Below are positions 8,184 to 18,439 of a stretch of DNA of 42,163 bases, piece by piece. Position 1 is the first letter of the stretch. Each line of letters begins with the position of its first letter. The stretch is from Candidatus Magasanikiibacteriota bacterium (GTDB lineage: Bacteria > Patescibacteriota > Patescibacteriia > Magasanikbacterales > 2-02-FULL-50-9b): assembly GCA_023246755.1 (NCBI GenBank), contig JAHFHU010000007.1, positions 1 through 42,163 of the forward strand, written 5' to 3'. A program made the translations under genes and the position numbers. The notes beneath the pieces were generated by a model, which had not been told where the DNA came from, did no database searches, and saw only the letters and a program-made list of their open reading frames with translations.

Positions 8184-11100
8184 ATGCATAAGTTCGTTCA
8201 ACAATTCAGTCGCCAGATTGTCGCGGGCACGCTGATTTTTTCGTTGATCGTTCCAAATATCGCCAGTGCACAGTTGGCCGTGACCGCGCCGATCCTCGAA
8301 GGACAAACAATTCTCGATTATATTCAGCGCGCGCTCAAAGTTGTTTTTCGTAATGTTGTCGTGGTCGGCGCCGTGCAGGTGAGTCAGAAAGTTGCCAAAG
8401 AAGCAGCAGAAGGCGTTGCGAATTGGGTATGGGAAGGCGGAAGTGGGAAAAGCCCGCTTGCGTTTCTCGCAAACACGGGCGATTACGTCAAAGCGCAATC
8501 AGAAAAAGCACTCGGCGACACGCTCGACCAGATGTCAGAAGATTTTAAAAATGCGGACCTTCTTTGTATCGCAGATCCCGCGGCAGCGCTCGGTGTGCTC
8601 GGTGGTTTGTATGGAGCGCTTAATAAAGTTGCGAACACCCCGCCGTTTAAAAATGGAAGTTCCGCATACAAAAATGGTCAGAACGGTGAATTTTTGGCAA
8701 CGGGCTCGCTCGGAAAATGTGATGCGGGTTCTGTTATCGTTAATTACAAAAATTTAACCAACGATTTGTCGCCGGATCAATTGCTCAAGCGATTTAGTAC
8801 AGCGGCAACGAGCGGTGGCTCCGAAATTGATCAAATTGTTGCGTCGCAAATGCAGGCGATGTCAGCGCTCGTGCGTGAACAAAAAGCCGCGGAGCTCGAA
8901 CGACTCGCATCAAAATCATATAAAAATCAGACCGCGCCGATTTCGGGCGCTGTCACACAACCGAGCGAAGCAGTTGCTGAAGACGCAAAACTGAACACCG
9001 CGAAATTTCAAGCCGAACAAGAGCAGCGCCAGCTTTCTGGAATTTTAGCGTCCGGTGCCGAGGCAATTCCGGCGATTTTTGCAACGACGTTTGCAAATGC
9101 GTTGTCGAAAAAACTGATTGATAAGTTGAAGCGCGGGCAAGGAACGTTGCCATCAAACAAAACGGGTAATGGAAGCGGCGTTAACCTCGCAAATGTGTTT
9201 GGCGCGGGTAAAACCAATGGCAATTCAGCGGCGACATCATTATACTCAGACGTGAAAACCGTAACAATTTCCGAGGGTGGGCTTGATTTGCTCACCAGTT
9301 TTGTTGCATGCCCCGACAAATTTGCGGCGCCGGACAATTGTGTGATGGATGAGGCGTTTGCGTCTGCGGTTCGGGCGGCTGACTCGGGCAAAGGAATGAC
9401 GGTCAAAGAGGCGATTGAACAGGGGAAATTGGATCCAAAAAAAGAAATGGTTCCGCCGTCGCAAACTGCAAAAAATGAAGACCGTCTTTGCGCAAAAACC
9501 GCATATTGCACCAGCAATTTGAGTAAATTGCGCAAAGCGCGCGTGATTCCCATTGGATGGGAAATTGCAGCGGCGAGCGCAGACGGAACGGGAAAAACAA
9601 CGCTCGGCGACGTGGTCAAGGGGTTTAATGATTGTAAGTACAATGAAAAGACAGGAGTTGCCGAACGCGACGCGACGCATCCCTTTTGCCACTTGATCGA
9701 TCCAAATTGGGTTTTGAAAATGCCACAACATATTTGTAAGGCAAAAGTTTTCGGCCCACAATTACAAAGCGAGCTCGGGCCAAATCGTCAAGAAGTTTGT
9801 TCGGATCAGGTGTCTTGTTTGCAAGAAGACGCGAATGGACAATGCACCGGCGCGTTCGGGTATTGCTTGCGTGAGAAAAATACGTTTCGTTTTGACGCAG
9901 AGGAATGCCCCGCGCAATTTGCCGGTTGCCGAAATTATCAAAACACAACGTACGGCGCGATCAGTTTAGTTGACGCGACGATTGATGCAGGAACGTGCAC
10001 CGACAAAAACACCGGCTGTCGAGGATATTTCGTCGATTTTCTTCCGACCGGAGTTTTTGACACAAGTGCAAACGCGCAAAAAGTTTATCTTAACGCAAAA
10101 GCCGCAAGTTGTTCGGCGCAAAACATCGGATGTACGCAAGTGCAAGATCTTGCGGGTCAATCGAAATTTTTACGTTTGCCGCCTGCGGGGCTTGGGTGTA
10201 AAGGTCTTGATTCCGACCCGACTGCGTGTAATCAATATGCGAAAGCGTGTGGCGTTGAAGAAGTTGGCTGCGATTTATATCAACCGATCGGCAGCAGCGA
10301 TGACGCGGTTCCGGGCGTTGCGACCATGGCAACACGCGATGTAAACGGTGCGGTTGTTGCGTGGAATGACGAGTGTGCGAAAGAATGCGTTGGGTATACC
10401 TCGTTTTATCAGGCCCCGACCCAAACCGAACCGATCGCAGCCGCGGCAGCAGCGTTTATTCCGGCATCTGCAAAATCGTGTACGCAAGAAGTTGTTGGAT
10501 GTGAGGCATATCAAAATATTGATTCTGCGGCAAAGGGCGGCGGCACGGTTGGTTATTTTGCGAACGTACAAAAATGTAGCGACCCCGCGGTTGAAAAAAA
10601 CCACGCGGTGTTTTATTCGTGGGAAGGGTCGGATCAGTCCGGCTATCAATTACATCAACACGATTTGGTTACGACGGCAAATGACGGCGCGCCAAAATAT
10701 GATATCGCAAATCCGGCATTGCTCGCGGTTGCGATCGCCGAATGTACGCCGGAAAAATACAAAGCACGCATCGTCAACGGCAAACCGGATCCGTTTTTTA
10801 ACGTTGACTGTCGCGAGCTGTTTGATCAAAGTGGTAAGCCGTTTTATCGTTTGATTTCGAAAACAATTGTTTCGACGCCGGCGTGTGTCGCGTTTCGAAA
10901 AGATTCGTCTGACGCCGCGAATTGCGCGGGCAGCAATGGGAAATTCGATGCAACAAATGGTTCGTGTGAGTATGGATTTTTGCCATCGGGCTCAACGCAA
11001 TGTAAACCGCAAGAAGTTGGTTGTCGCGCGTACAACGGATCCGCGGCGTTAAGTCCAAAAATTATTTTGAACGAATCGTTTGATGCGCTTGGGACGTGGG

Positions 11101-14100
11101 CGGGCGGACAAATTTCAAAAGAAGGTATCACGGTCGGCGACACGGTTTTGAAATTAACGGACGCGACCGCCGATCATCAGATCAGCCTCGTGCAAAATAA
11201 AACGTACAACGTTGTGTTTTGGGCAAAAGGGCAGGGGACGTTTAATTTGAAATTCGCGAGCGCGACATACGTGCCGTCAGAACTCATGCTCAACAAAGAT
11301 CCGCTCGTCGCGGGTCCGGAATGGCGTCGATATGAAGTTTCGTCGCCGCCAACGCCGTGGGCCGACACCGCGGCAAAATTAGTGTTCCAAAAAGTGGCAA
11401 GCGCGGGGCTGTATATCGAAAATATCAAAGTTAAGGAGCAAGTTGCGGTCGTGACGGTTCTGCGCAATTCATGGACGACGCCGTTATCGTGTGATCCGGT
11501 TTTGGGAGATGGAATCGCGGGGCCGGCGCTCAATTGTCAGGCGTATAAACCAAAAAATAACAGCGCACTTCCCGCCGCATACCTTACCGGCTTTACCAGC
11601 TTGTGTCGCGCGCCAGCAGCCGGATGTCAGAAATTTGTAAACACGCAAAACACGCCGGAAATTACGGAAAAAGAATTTAAATTTGGCACGGCGACGCGAA
11701 CAGTTCCGGGTGACGAGTTTACGTATGTCATCGCAAATGCAGGCGCATCGTGTCCGGCGGATGCGCAAGGGTGCAGCGCGCTCGGTCTTGTCGTGTCGGC
11801 AGGCAAAACCGAGACAGTGACGAAAATTAATAATCCGGGCAATTATCAAGCGACGGCATGCGAAGTGAAAGATGAGTGGTGCTCGACGTTTCCGGGTTCC
11901 GGCGGCACACAGCGCTATTTCAAATATCCGGATGCGTCAAAACAGTGCGAATATCGCGAAAATGTTGAGGTCAAAGGCGCGCCGCGCTCGGGCTGGTTCA
12001 AGTCGGGCAGCGACGAGCCGTGCTACGACAGTTTTGTTGCGGGCGGAAATTTTTACGGCATCTACAAAAACAAGGACAAAAATTTTACGGGCATGGCCGG
12101 CATGTGCGAGCCAGAATTTGGCCAATGCACCGAATTTATCGACCATGCAGACGTTTCGTTCGATCATCCGGCCGGCCGTTCGTACTTTTTCATGGACGAC
12201 ACACACGTCGATGCGTCTTCGTGTAACGGAAAAGTTAGTTTGAAGGAAGGGTGTGTTGCGCTCGATAACACGACACTCGGAAATAAAACAATCGCGACGC
12301 TCGCGACGTATTGCAAATCGGATGCGACGACGAATAGTTTATGTGCAGCGATTTTATCGGCGCAATATGCGAATGTTTCTGCGGGCGACCAGCAAAAAGA
12401 TGGTGCGCTTGTTACACCGGCCGTTGGCCCAACAAGTTTAACGCAAAATCCAGACACAATAAAAATGTGTAGTCGGGCGAACACAAACGGATTATTTGTT
12501 GCAACGGATTGTGACGCGCAATTGACGAAACTCAAGGATGCTTTGGGTGCTGATCCAGCAGCGCAAGCGGCTGCCGCTTCGTTGAAATGTGATGTGCAAA
12601 TAAATCAACAGCTGGTTGCGGCATTTGTGGCGTTGGCACACGCAGGTTGCGGAATTTTGCCCGACGCGAACACGATCGTAAAAGTTCGTCGCGATCGAAC
12701 ATGTGGCGAGTGGCTTGCCTGTCAGGGTGCGGTTTCGGTTTACGACAAAGCGACGCAGAAGTTTAAACAGGTTTGTACGGATTTGGGCGTGTGCAACAAG
12801 CTGTCGAGCGATTCGGGCGCGGTCGGGCAGTGCGCGAATTGGGTGACGCCGCAACAATTATCGAGCGAAGAAAATCTCCAGCGCTCGCTTCCGCTCACAA
12901 CCGCGCGCTACGTTTCCCGCAACGTCGGCTGGTACGGACGCGAATTCAGCGGCTATTCATTGTGGCACAAATTTCAACCAGACACGATCGGGCGATTCAG
13001 CGAAACGCCAAATGGAGAGCTGAAGATTGGGGTTGGGTTTGCAAATAAAAATGAATGTGTAAAAAATGGTCAAAACGTGATCGGTGACAAATGTACGGCT
13101 GCTGTATTTTTACCAGACGCTGTTCAAAAGTCAATCACAGCAGAATTCGACGATGTCAGCTTCGAAGGAAAATGTTTTGAGCAAAAATGTTGGTATCCGA
13201 TTGAGGGATTTGTACCAAAGAAAAATGCCAACGCGTTTGCGTACACGGAATCGTCGTGTCGCGGTTATCCGGAGCAGGATGCGCCATTTCCACAGAGCGT
13301 TGTGCAAGACGCAAACATGTTTGGTGTGGTCACGGACAAAGTGAGCGGGTTTGACAACGCGAATGTGTGCGAGCGATTTCGTCTTGAAAAGCCGACGCGT
13401 TCGGCGGAGTCATGGAGCAGCTTTGAAGTTTACAAGGGCATCAAAGGGGGCGACGCACCATCCGTCTTCGTGATCAAGAATAGTTCGTGTGATTGCTCGT
13501 ATAAAAAAGTTGAGTATGGTTCGATGAACGAAAAACACTACTTTGGATTGGGCGAGTATGCGGGCACAAACCCGGTTGGAAAATCAGTTCTGGCGTTATT
13601 TAACGTCAAAGGTGGTGGATTTCGTTGGTACGATGCAACTGTTACTGGTTTTCATGACGGTGTCTACGATGTTAAATATGGTTCTGATAATGACAATAAA
13701 ATAGACAATGGCGTCTCACCGCAGTATGTAGTCTTCAAGGATCAAACAGACGCCGCGCCACTTCAAATTGGAGACAAGGTGATTGCTGATTTTGAAGCAT
13801 ACAATGCAAATGCAGGTGATAAAAAGTGGTACTACGAAGGAGCGGTGACGGGAACGGGTGACAGCTATTCGGTCATGTTTGATGCGGCATTTCCGTTTCA
13901 GGTTAATGGCGCGCCCGCAGGGATACCGAAGAAACATTTTTTAAAGTTTCAAAAAGATCAATTATTCGCAAAAAAGACGCTCACGAGCGCAGTGACGGCG
14001 GGCGTTCCAAAGGGTTTATGTGGTGGCGGTTGGTTTGTGATCGGCTCTAAACTTCCATTCAACGGAGAAGCAGTTGTTGAATCAAAGAAAGGGTTGAGTT

Positions 14101-16901
14101 GCTCGACTGATTTTGATTGTATCGATGAACGTGTAGTGAAACTTAAAAATCCAATATCAATCAGTCAAGACGGAATTGATGGAAAAAAAGATATCGAAGG
14201 ATACTCATATCAATATTCAAGCGACGACGGCAAATGTGAGTTTAAGAAAAAAGAAACCACCGTTTATGGTTGGAAAGGATATTGTCTTGAAAAAGATTTT
14301 AGCGCCCACCTCAACAACACGCTCGACGACTATCCTTGTTTGACATGGCTCCCCATCGACGTTGCAGGACTTGATGTGTACAACCAATTTTTTAGCGCGG
14401 GTTACTCGGTTGATCCGAGTGGTGCGGGGCAATTCTATTGCGTGCAAGCGCAAGGACGAGCGCATGACGACAATGTGATTGGCAAAATGTCGTATGCGTA
14501 CTATGCGAACGAACCTGACGGCACAGGGCTAAATTATTTAAATGTATCTGCAAGTGACTATGCAAACAGCAAAATCACAAAATCTCAAGCGGCTGGATGG
14601 GCGTACGCGGGCGGTGCAACAGCCGGAACGAATGGGGTTGGAGACAACGATCAACTAACAAATGATTGGGCGGGATTTAAAGATTATAAACAGGCTGGCT
14701 TGGGAGATTTTAATTCTAAAGAAATCGACTATATTGATGTTATTGCAAAAGAAGGAAATAAATTTTTTCCCAAGGACTACGCGATGAAAATAACTAACGA
14801 CGGTAAGGTTCGTGTCTACTACAATGCAGGATTAACATCGGCAGATGGTGTGGGCTCCGAAGGAATCAAATGTCCGGCGCGTGCCCCGATGGCAGGGAGC
14901 AAGATGGGCTTGTATAATTTCTTGGATCCAAATGTGTTGAATCAGAAGTTTGTGCTTTCAACGTTAAGTCAACAAGTTCGTTGTGGCTCAAACGCTGGTG
15001 GCTCGGAGACGTGCGATCACTATTCGGGATCAGGCAGTGTTGATCCCTACTTCGTGTGTTCTGCTGGAGAAACATCGGTTAAATCTGAAATACAGCCTTT
15101 TAACACTGATGATCAGGCAATTGCAATTACCGGTGTCGCTCGAACAGGTTCAATAAATGGAACGGAATATTCTGAACAGCTTGCGAATGGTTCACTTTCT
15201 CAAATTTGGTTTGTACGTGTTGACAACCAGGCGCACTATCCAGCAAGTGGCAACTCAGGAGGTAAAGATACGACATACTACGGAGAGTTTGGGGACGAAT
15301 TTAAACTACACGATATTGTTCGTGGTTATAACAAGGTTGGTCCAGCGAAATCACATACGGACAGTATCGGATATAATGCCTGTCCTAGTTTGGAAGATTA
15401 TGTAGATGCGGGCGATAACGATTATCGAATTTTTGAGTCAAACACACAAAAAGCGTATCAAGTTGGTTACGAGTTGCGGTTTGTATTTGGAGATAATGGA
15501 AAGTTTTTAGGAATTGATGCAGCCCATTGTACAAACGCAGGGAAACATACGATCGAAGCGGATTGGATTGTCAAAGTCCACATGCGCAACGCGTGTTTGA
15601 AAGTCGCACAAACGACGCAGGGCTTACAAAACGCTGCGGCAACGAATCGGTTATGGAGTACATATCCGGCCGGATTTAAAAAAGCGACCGATGATCTGAC
15701 AATCACGGACAAAGGTGCGCTTAAAGTTGGTGCGTCCGGCGTCGTTGCTCCAGGCCAGCGGTTCGGTTCGCTCGCGCTAAATGAAACAGGACTTGACCAG
15801 CATGCCCTTGTGTATTCCTACCTTGAGATGACGGATGGAACAAGTGATGGATTTAAGACGGCGTTCAGCACGGGCGCGCAGGCATACAGCTGCGAAAACG
15901 GTTCGTGTTTGGGCAAGGCAGACGGCAAGGCTTTCAAGCCGAGTTTATTCGACGGTGTTACGGCGCTGCAAAACTTGTTTGGACGAATTTACAATGTATA
16001 CAAAACTAACGTTGGATATCTTGCGAAGTATGCGGTGGGTACAGAGTCTGACTTGGGACCGGGAAATAAACTTGATGTGACGGCGAAGGGTGCTCAGCAG
16101 TGGCCCGTCGTATTCGCGTTCGACCCGACGACCTGCACGGGCGCGCGCGGCGGCTCATGCACGCTCGCGCGCAAGTACGGGATGACGATCAATGGCGCGT
16201 TTGCGGACGGTGCGGTTGTGTTTGGTAAGGGATCGGTCGCGGCGACGATGCAGTTTTATGGGTATGCGGACCAGAATCAGATGCCGCTCAAACGCGTTAA
16301 AGTTGAATGGGGTGATGGCTCAAATGTCAAAAAAGAAGGTACGTATCGTAACCATAAACCCGTGTGTTCAGATCAGAAGGCGCCGGTTGCCGTTTGTAAA
16401 TTTGGAGATGCGGTCGACTACAACCATGTGTGCGTGTCCAACAAAGATTGTGTCGATGCAAAAGGTGTTGTTGCGGGAACGTGCGAGACGGATCCGGGTG
16501 GTTTGAAATGGTCGTTCGGTTCGTGGGGCGGGAATGGAAGCACGGACGAAGGCGCGTGTGAGCCAAACTTCTTCCAGTTCACGCACGCATACGTGTTCAC
16601 CCCAAACTGTGCGTTGAACGTAGGCGATTCGGGTAAAGCCGTTGTCGCTGATGCTGCATCAATCACGCAATACAAACTCGAAGGCAAGGTTGGTATCGGC
16701 GAGCGATTCTGTGTGTTCAAGCCGCGGGTGCAGTTGCTCGATAATTGGGGGGCGTGTAATGGTGTCGTGAGCAAGACGGATAGCGCGGCGACAGGGTATG
16801 GTGGTGTTTCAAAGAATTATGATTTTTGTGATTTGACTAGTGATCCATTTGATCACACCTTGTTCACCCCATACCAAGGCTACATCATCGTTAAGGAATA
16901 A
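8184..16901 (+). CDS. Giant (2905 aa) Cys-rich exported/surface protein
   Basis: Uninterrupted 8.7-kb ORF with a signal-like N-terminus (…LIFSLIVPNIASA) and very many Cys. It includes a Cys-free beta-rich carbohydrate-binding-like segment (about aa 960-1085), a Tudor-like pair (about aa 1798-1900) and a PKD-like VEWGDG near the C-terminus. Confidence 0.9.
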   Translation: MHKFVQQFSRQIVAGTLIFSLIVPNIASAQLAVTAPILEGQTILDYIQRALKVVFRNVVVVGAVQVSQKVAKEAAEGVANWVWEGGSGKSPLAFLANTGDYVKAQSEKALGDTLDQMSEDFKNADLLCIADPAAALGVLGGLYGALNKVANTPPFKNGSSAYKNGQNGEFLATGSLGKCDAGSVIVNYKNLTNDLSPDQLLKRFSTAATSGGSEIDQIVASQMQAMSALVREQKAAELERLASKSYKNQTAPISGAVTQPSEAVAEDAKLNTAKFQAEQEQRQLSGILASGAEAIPAIFATTFANALSKKLIDKLKRGQGTLPSNKTGNGSGVNLANVFGAGKTNGNSAATSLYSDVKTVTISEGGLDLLTSFVACPDKFAAPDNCVMDEAFASAVRAADSGKGMTVKEAIEQGKLDPKKEMVPPSQTAKNEDRLCAKTAYCTSNLSKLRKARVIPIGWEIAAASADGTGKTTLGDVVKGFNDCKYNEKTGVAERDATHPFCHLIDPNWVLKMPQHICKAKVFGPQLQSELGPNRQEVCSDQVSCLQEDANGQCTGAFGYCLREKNTFRFDAEECPAQFAGCRNYQNTTYGAISLVDATIDAGTCTDKNTGCRGYFVDFLPTGVFDTSANAQKVYLNAKAASCSAQNIGCTQVQDLAGQSKFLRLPPAGLGCKGLDSDPTACNQYAKACGVEEVGCDLYQPIGSSDDAVPGVATMATRDVNGAVVAWNDECAKECVGYTSFYQAPTQTEPIAAAAAAFIPASAKSCTQEVVGCEAYQNIDSAAKGGGTVGYFANVQKCSDPAVEKNHAVFYSWEGSDQSGYQLHQHDLVTTANDGAPKYDIANPALLAVAIAECTPEKYKARIVNGKPDPFFNVDCRELFDQSGKPFYRLISKTIVSTPACVAFRKDSSDAANCAGSNGKFDATNGSCEYGFLPSGSTQCKPQEVGCRAYNGSAALSPKIILNESFDALGTWAGGQISKEGITVGDTVLKLTDATADHQISLVQNKTYNVVFWAKGQGTFNLKFASATYVPSELMLNKDPLVAGPEWRRYEVSSPPTPWADTAAKLVFQKVASAGLYIENIKVKEQVAVVTVLRNSWTTPLSCDPVLGDGIAGPALNCQAYKPKNNSALPAAYLTGFTSLCRAPAAGCQKFVNTQNTPEITEKEFKFGTATRTVPGDEFTYVIANAGASCPADAQGCSALGLVVSAGKTETVTKINNPGNYQATACEVKDEWCSTFPGSGGTQRYFKYPDASKQCEYRENVEVKGAPRSGWFKSGSDEPCYDSFVAGGNFYGIYKNKDKNFTGMAGMCEPEFGQCTEFIDHADVSFDHPAGRSYFFMDDTHVDASSCNGKVSLKEGCVALDNTTLGNKTIATLATYCKSDATTNSLCAAILSAQYANVSAGDQQKDGALVTPAVGPTSLTQNPDTIKMCSRANTNGLFVATDCDAQLTKLKDALGADPAAQAAAASLKCDVQINQQLVAAFVALAHAGCGILPDANTIVKVRRDRTCGEWLACQGAVSVYDKATQKFKQVCTDLGVCNKLSSDSGAVGQCANWVTPQQLSSEENLQRSLPLTTARYVSRNVGWYGREFSGYSLWHKFQPDTIGRFSETPNGELKIGVGFANKNECVKNGQNVIGDKCTAAVFLPDAVQKSITAEFDDVSFEGKCFEQKCWYPIEGFVPKKNANAFAYTESSCRGYPEQDAPFPQSVVQDANMFGVVTDKVSGFDNANVCERFRLEKPTRSAESWSSFEVYKGIKGGDAPSVFVIKNSSCDCSYKKVEYGSMNEKHYFGLGEYAGTNPVGKSVLALFNVKGGGFRWYDATVTGFHDGVYDVKYGSDNDNKIDNGVSPQYVVFKDQTDAAPLQIGDKVIADFEAYNANAGDKKWYYEGAVTGTGDSYSVMFDAAFPFQVNGAPAGIPKKHFLKFQKDQLFAKKTLTSAVTAGVPKGLCGGGWFVIGSKLPFNGEAVVESKKGLSCSTDFDCIDERVVKLKNPISISQDGIDGKKDIEGYSYQYSSDDGKCEFKKKETTVYGWKGYCLEKDFSAHLNNTLDDYPCLTWLPIDVAGLDVYNQFFSAGYSVDPSGAGQFYCVQAQGRAHDDNVIGKMSYAYYANEPDGTGLNYLNVSASDYANSKITKSQAAGWAYAGGATAGTNGVGDNDQLTNDWAGFKDYKQAGLGDFNSKEIDYIDVIAKEGNKFFPKDYAMKITNDGKVRVYYNAGLTSADGVGSEGIKCPARAPMAGSKMGLYNFLDPNVLNQKFVLSTLSQQVRCGSNAGGSETCDHYSGSGSVDPYFVCSAGETSVKSEIQPFNTDDQAIAITGVARTGSINGTEYSEQLANGSLSQIWFVRVDNQAHYPASGNSGGKDTTYYGEFGDEFKLHDIVRGYNKVGPAKSHTDSIGYNACPSLEDYVDAGDNDYRIFESNTQKAYQVGYELRFVFGDNGKFLGIDAAHCTNAGKHTIEADWIVKVHMRNACLKVAQTTQGLQNAAATNRLWSTYPAGFKKATDDLTITDKGALKVGASGVVAPGQRFGSLALNETGLDQHALVYSYLEMTDGTSDGFKTAFSTGAQAYSCENGSCLGKADGKAFKPSLFDGVTALQNLFGRIYNVYKTNVGYLAKYAVGTESDLGPGNKLDVTAKGAQQWPVVFAFDPTTCTGARGGSCTLARKYGMTINGAFADGAVVFGKGSVAATMQFYGYADQNQMPLKRVKVEWGDGSNVKKEGTYRNHKPVCSDQKAPVAVCKFGDAVDYNHVCVSNKDCVDAKGVVAGTCETDPGGLKWSFGSWGGNGSTDEGACEPNFFQFTHAYVFTPNCALNVGDSGKAVVADAASITQYKLEGKVGIGERFCVFKPRVQLLDNWGACNGVVSKTDSAATGYGGVSKNYDFCDLTSDPFDHTLFTPYQGYIIVKE

Positions 16902-16992
16902 AAAAACCGGACAGTGTTAATGTCGCGGCCTCTTGCAGGTTGGTTTCCCATGATTCTTCAACTACCTGTGTGAGTGAAGTGGGTGCGTTTGA

Positions 16993-17733
16993 CTACAAAT
17001 CAAGCTTGTACTTATCTCCCTTGCCGCCTGATCCCTTGTACATGAGTACAACGGTGACCTCTTTAGTTTTGACAGTGTAGGTCACCTTGAATTGGAACAT
17101 CTCGGCGTCAATGACGTCTTCGAATTGACAGACGCCGTTTGCGCACTCTTTGAATGCGACTTCAGCGGCACTATCCGGTTTTGAAGAATCCGGAAACTTT
17201 ATCACCAAGTACATTTTAACCTTGAACGGGACGGTTTGTTCGCCCCAGAACTTCGGCTTGTACCATGGTCCGTATGGCAGCGCAACGGGGAAACAATAAT
17301 CCGAGTCGTGGATCGTGTCGCATCCGCCCTCGCCCTTACTGTCGAGAGGCGCGGCCGGCATCATGTTCGCTTTCGGATGGCCGTAGCCACCCGGATCGAA
17401 CTTCGCGGCCAGGAAATCCTTGGCCATCTGAACCTCATCACCTTTTTTCAGGCACGCGGGGCCGTCGGTCAACGTGACCAACTCCTCGTCGCTCGCGCAC
17501 GTCGGAGCGGCGTCAACTTTTGCCGTCTCCGCGCTCGAGCTATCGGCAGCGTCACCCTGCGCCTCGGCCGATTGGTCCGCCGAGCCTGTGTCGGCGCCAT
17601 CTTTCCCCGACAGCGATCCGGAATCGTCCGCGCCGGACTGGGCGTCAACTGCGCTGGAACTGTTGGTGTTACCAGCGTCCGCCGCGCAGCCGCCGAGAAT
17701 CGCCAACGTGGCGATCAAAAACAACTTTTCCAT
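16993..17733 (-). CDS. Putative lipoprotein
   Basis: MEKLFLIATLAILGG-C lipobox and an acidic D/S/A-rich linker. GAGGAGG lies 6 nt upstream of the ATG at 17733. Confidence 0.75.
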   Translation of the reverse strand: MEKLFLIATLAILGGCAADAGNTNSSSAVDAQSGADDSGSLSGKDGADTGSADQSAEAQGDAADSSSAETAKVDAAPTCASDEELVTLTDGPACLKKGDEVQMAKDFLAAKFDPGGYGHPKANMMPAAPLDSKGEGGCDTIHDSDYCFPVALPYGPWYKPKFWGEQTVPFKVKMYLVIKFPDSSKPDSAAEVAFKECANGVCQFEDVIDAEMFQFKVTYTVKTKEVTVVLMYKGSGGKGDKYKLDL

Positions 17734-17817
17734 TTCGATCCTCCTCGCGGAAACCCGCGATTTATCTGGTTGTAATGGCATTTTTCGGCTCACTCGAGAC
17801 GATGCGCCACTAAAACA

Positions 17818-17846
17818 ACCATAGCAGAAAAATCACGACTTGTCAA
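17818..17846 (-). promoter_or_regulatory. Putative sigma70 promoter for the lipoprotein gene
   Basis: Minus strand TTGACA, 17 bp, TATGGT with an extended -10 TG. Confidence 0.55.
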
Positions 17847-18002
17847 CCCCCTGTACAGCGACCGGCCTTGTGGGTAAGAGAGAAAAACACGTTAATGACC
17901 CGTGAGATTGCGATAGTTTATGCACCGGTTATTAACAGGTTGACAGATTCTATTCATGCGTGTTACTAATTAAAGTATAAATTATTTAATTCAAGGAAAT
18001 CT

Positions 18003-18437
18003 ATGGGGGGTAAAATTTTTACGCCAGAGGAAACGACGGAAATTTTGACGCACATCGCGCACAACATGATCACGAGGGACGATTTGGTTGGATTTGCGAC
18101 CAAGCAAGACTTGGAACGATTCGCAACCAAAGAGGATCTTAATGAAATCAAAATGGAAATGGGTACCATGCGAGAAGATCTGAATACGATGAGAGCTGAC
18201 GTGAACACCGTGCGAGAAGATATGAAGGGTTTCGCCACCAAAGAAGACATGGCGAAGATGAAATATGATATTTTGGATCATGTGGATCGAAAAAATCATG
18301 AATATCGGGGTGATATTGTGCTGATGATTCAAAATCTTGGCCGAAAGATTGACGCGCTTATCGAAATTTTAGTTGAAAAAAGAGTGATCAGTGTTCGGTC
18401 GGGAACAATGCTTGGCGCGATCGGGAGAGGGCTCTAA
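18003..18437 (+). CDS. Small coiled-coil protein with FATKxD repeats
   Basis: FATKQDL/FATKEDL/FATKEDM, plus heptads MREDLNT/MRADVNT/VREDMKG. Confidence 0.75.
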   Translation: MGGKIFTPEETTEILTHIAHNMITRDDLVGFATKQDLERFATKEDLNEIKMEMGTMREDLNTMRADVNTVREDMKGFATKEDMAKMKYDILDHVDRKNHEYRGDIVLMIQNLGRKIDALIEILVEKRVISVRSGTMLGAIGRGL

Positions 18438-18439
18438 GG

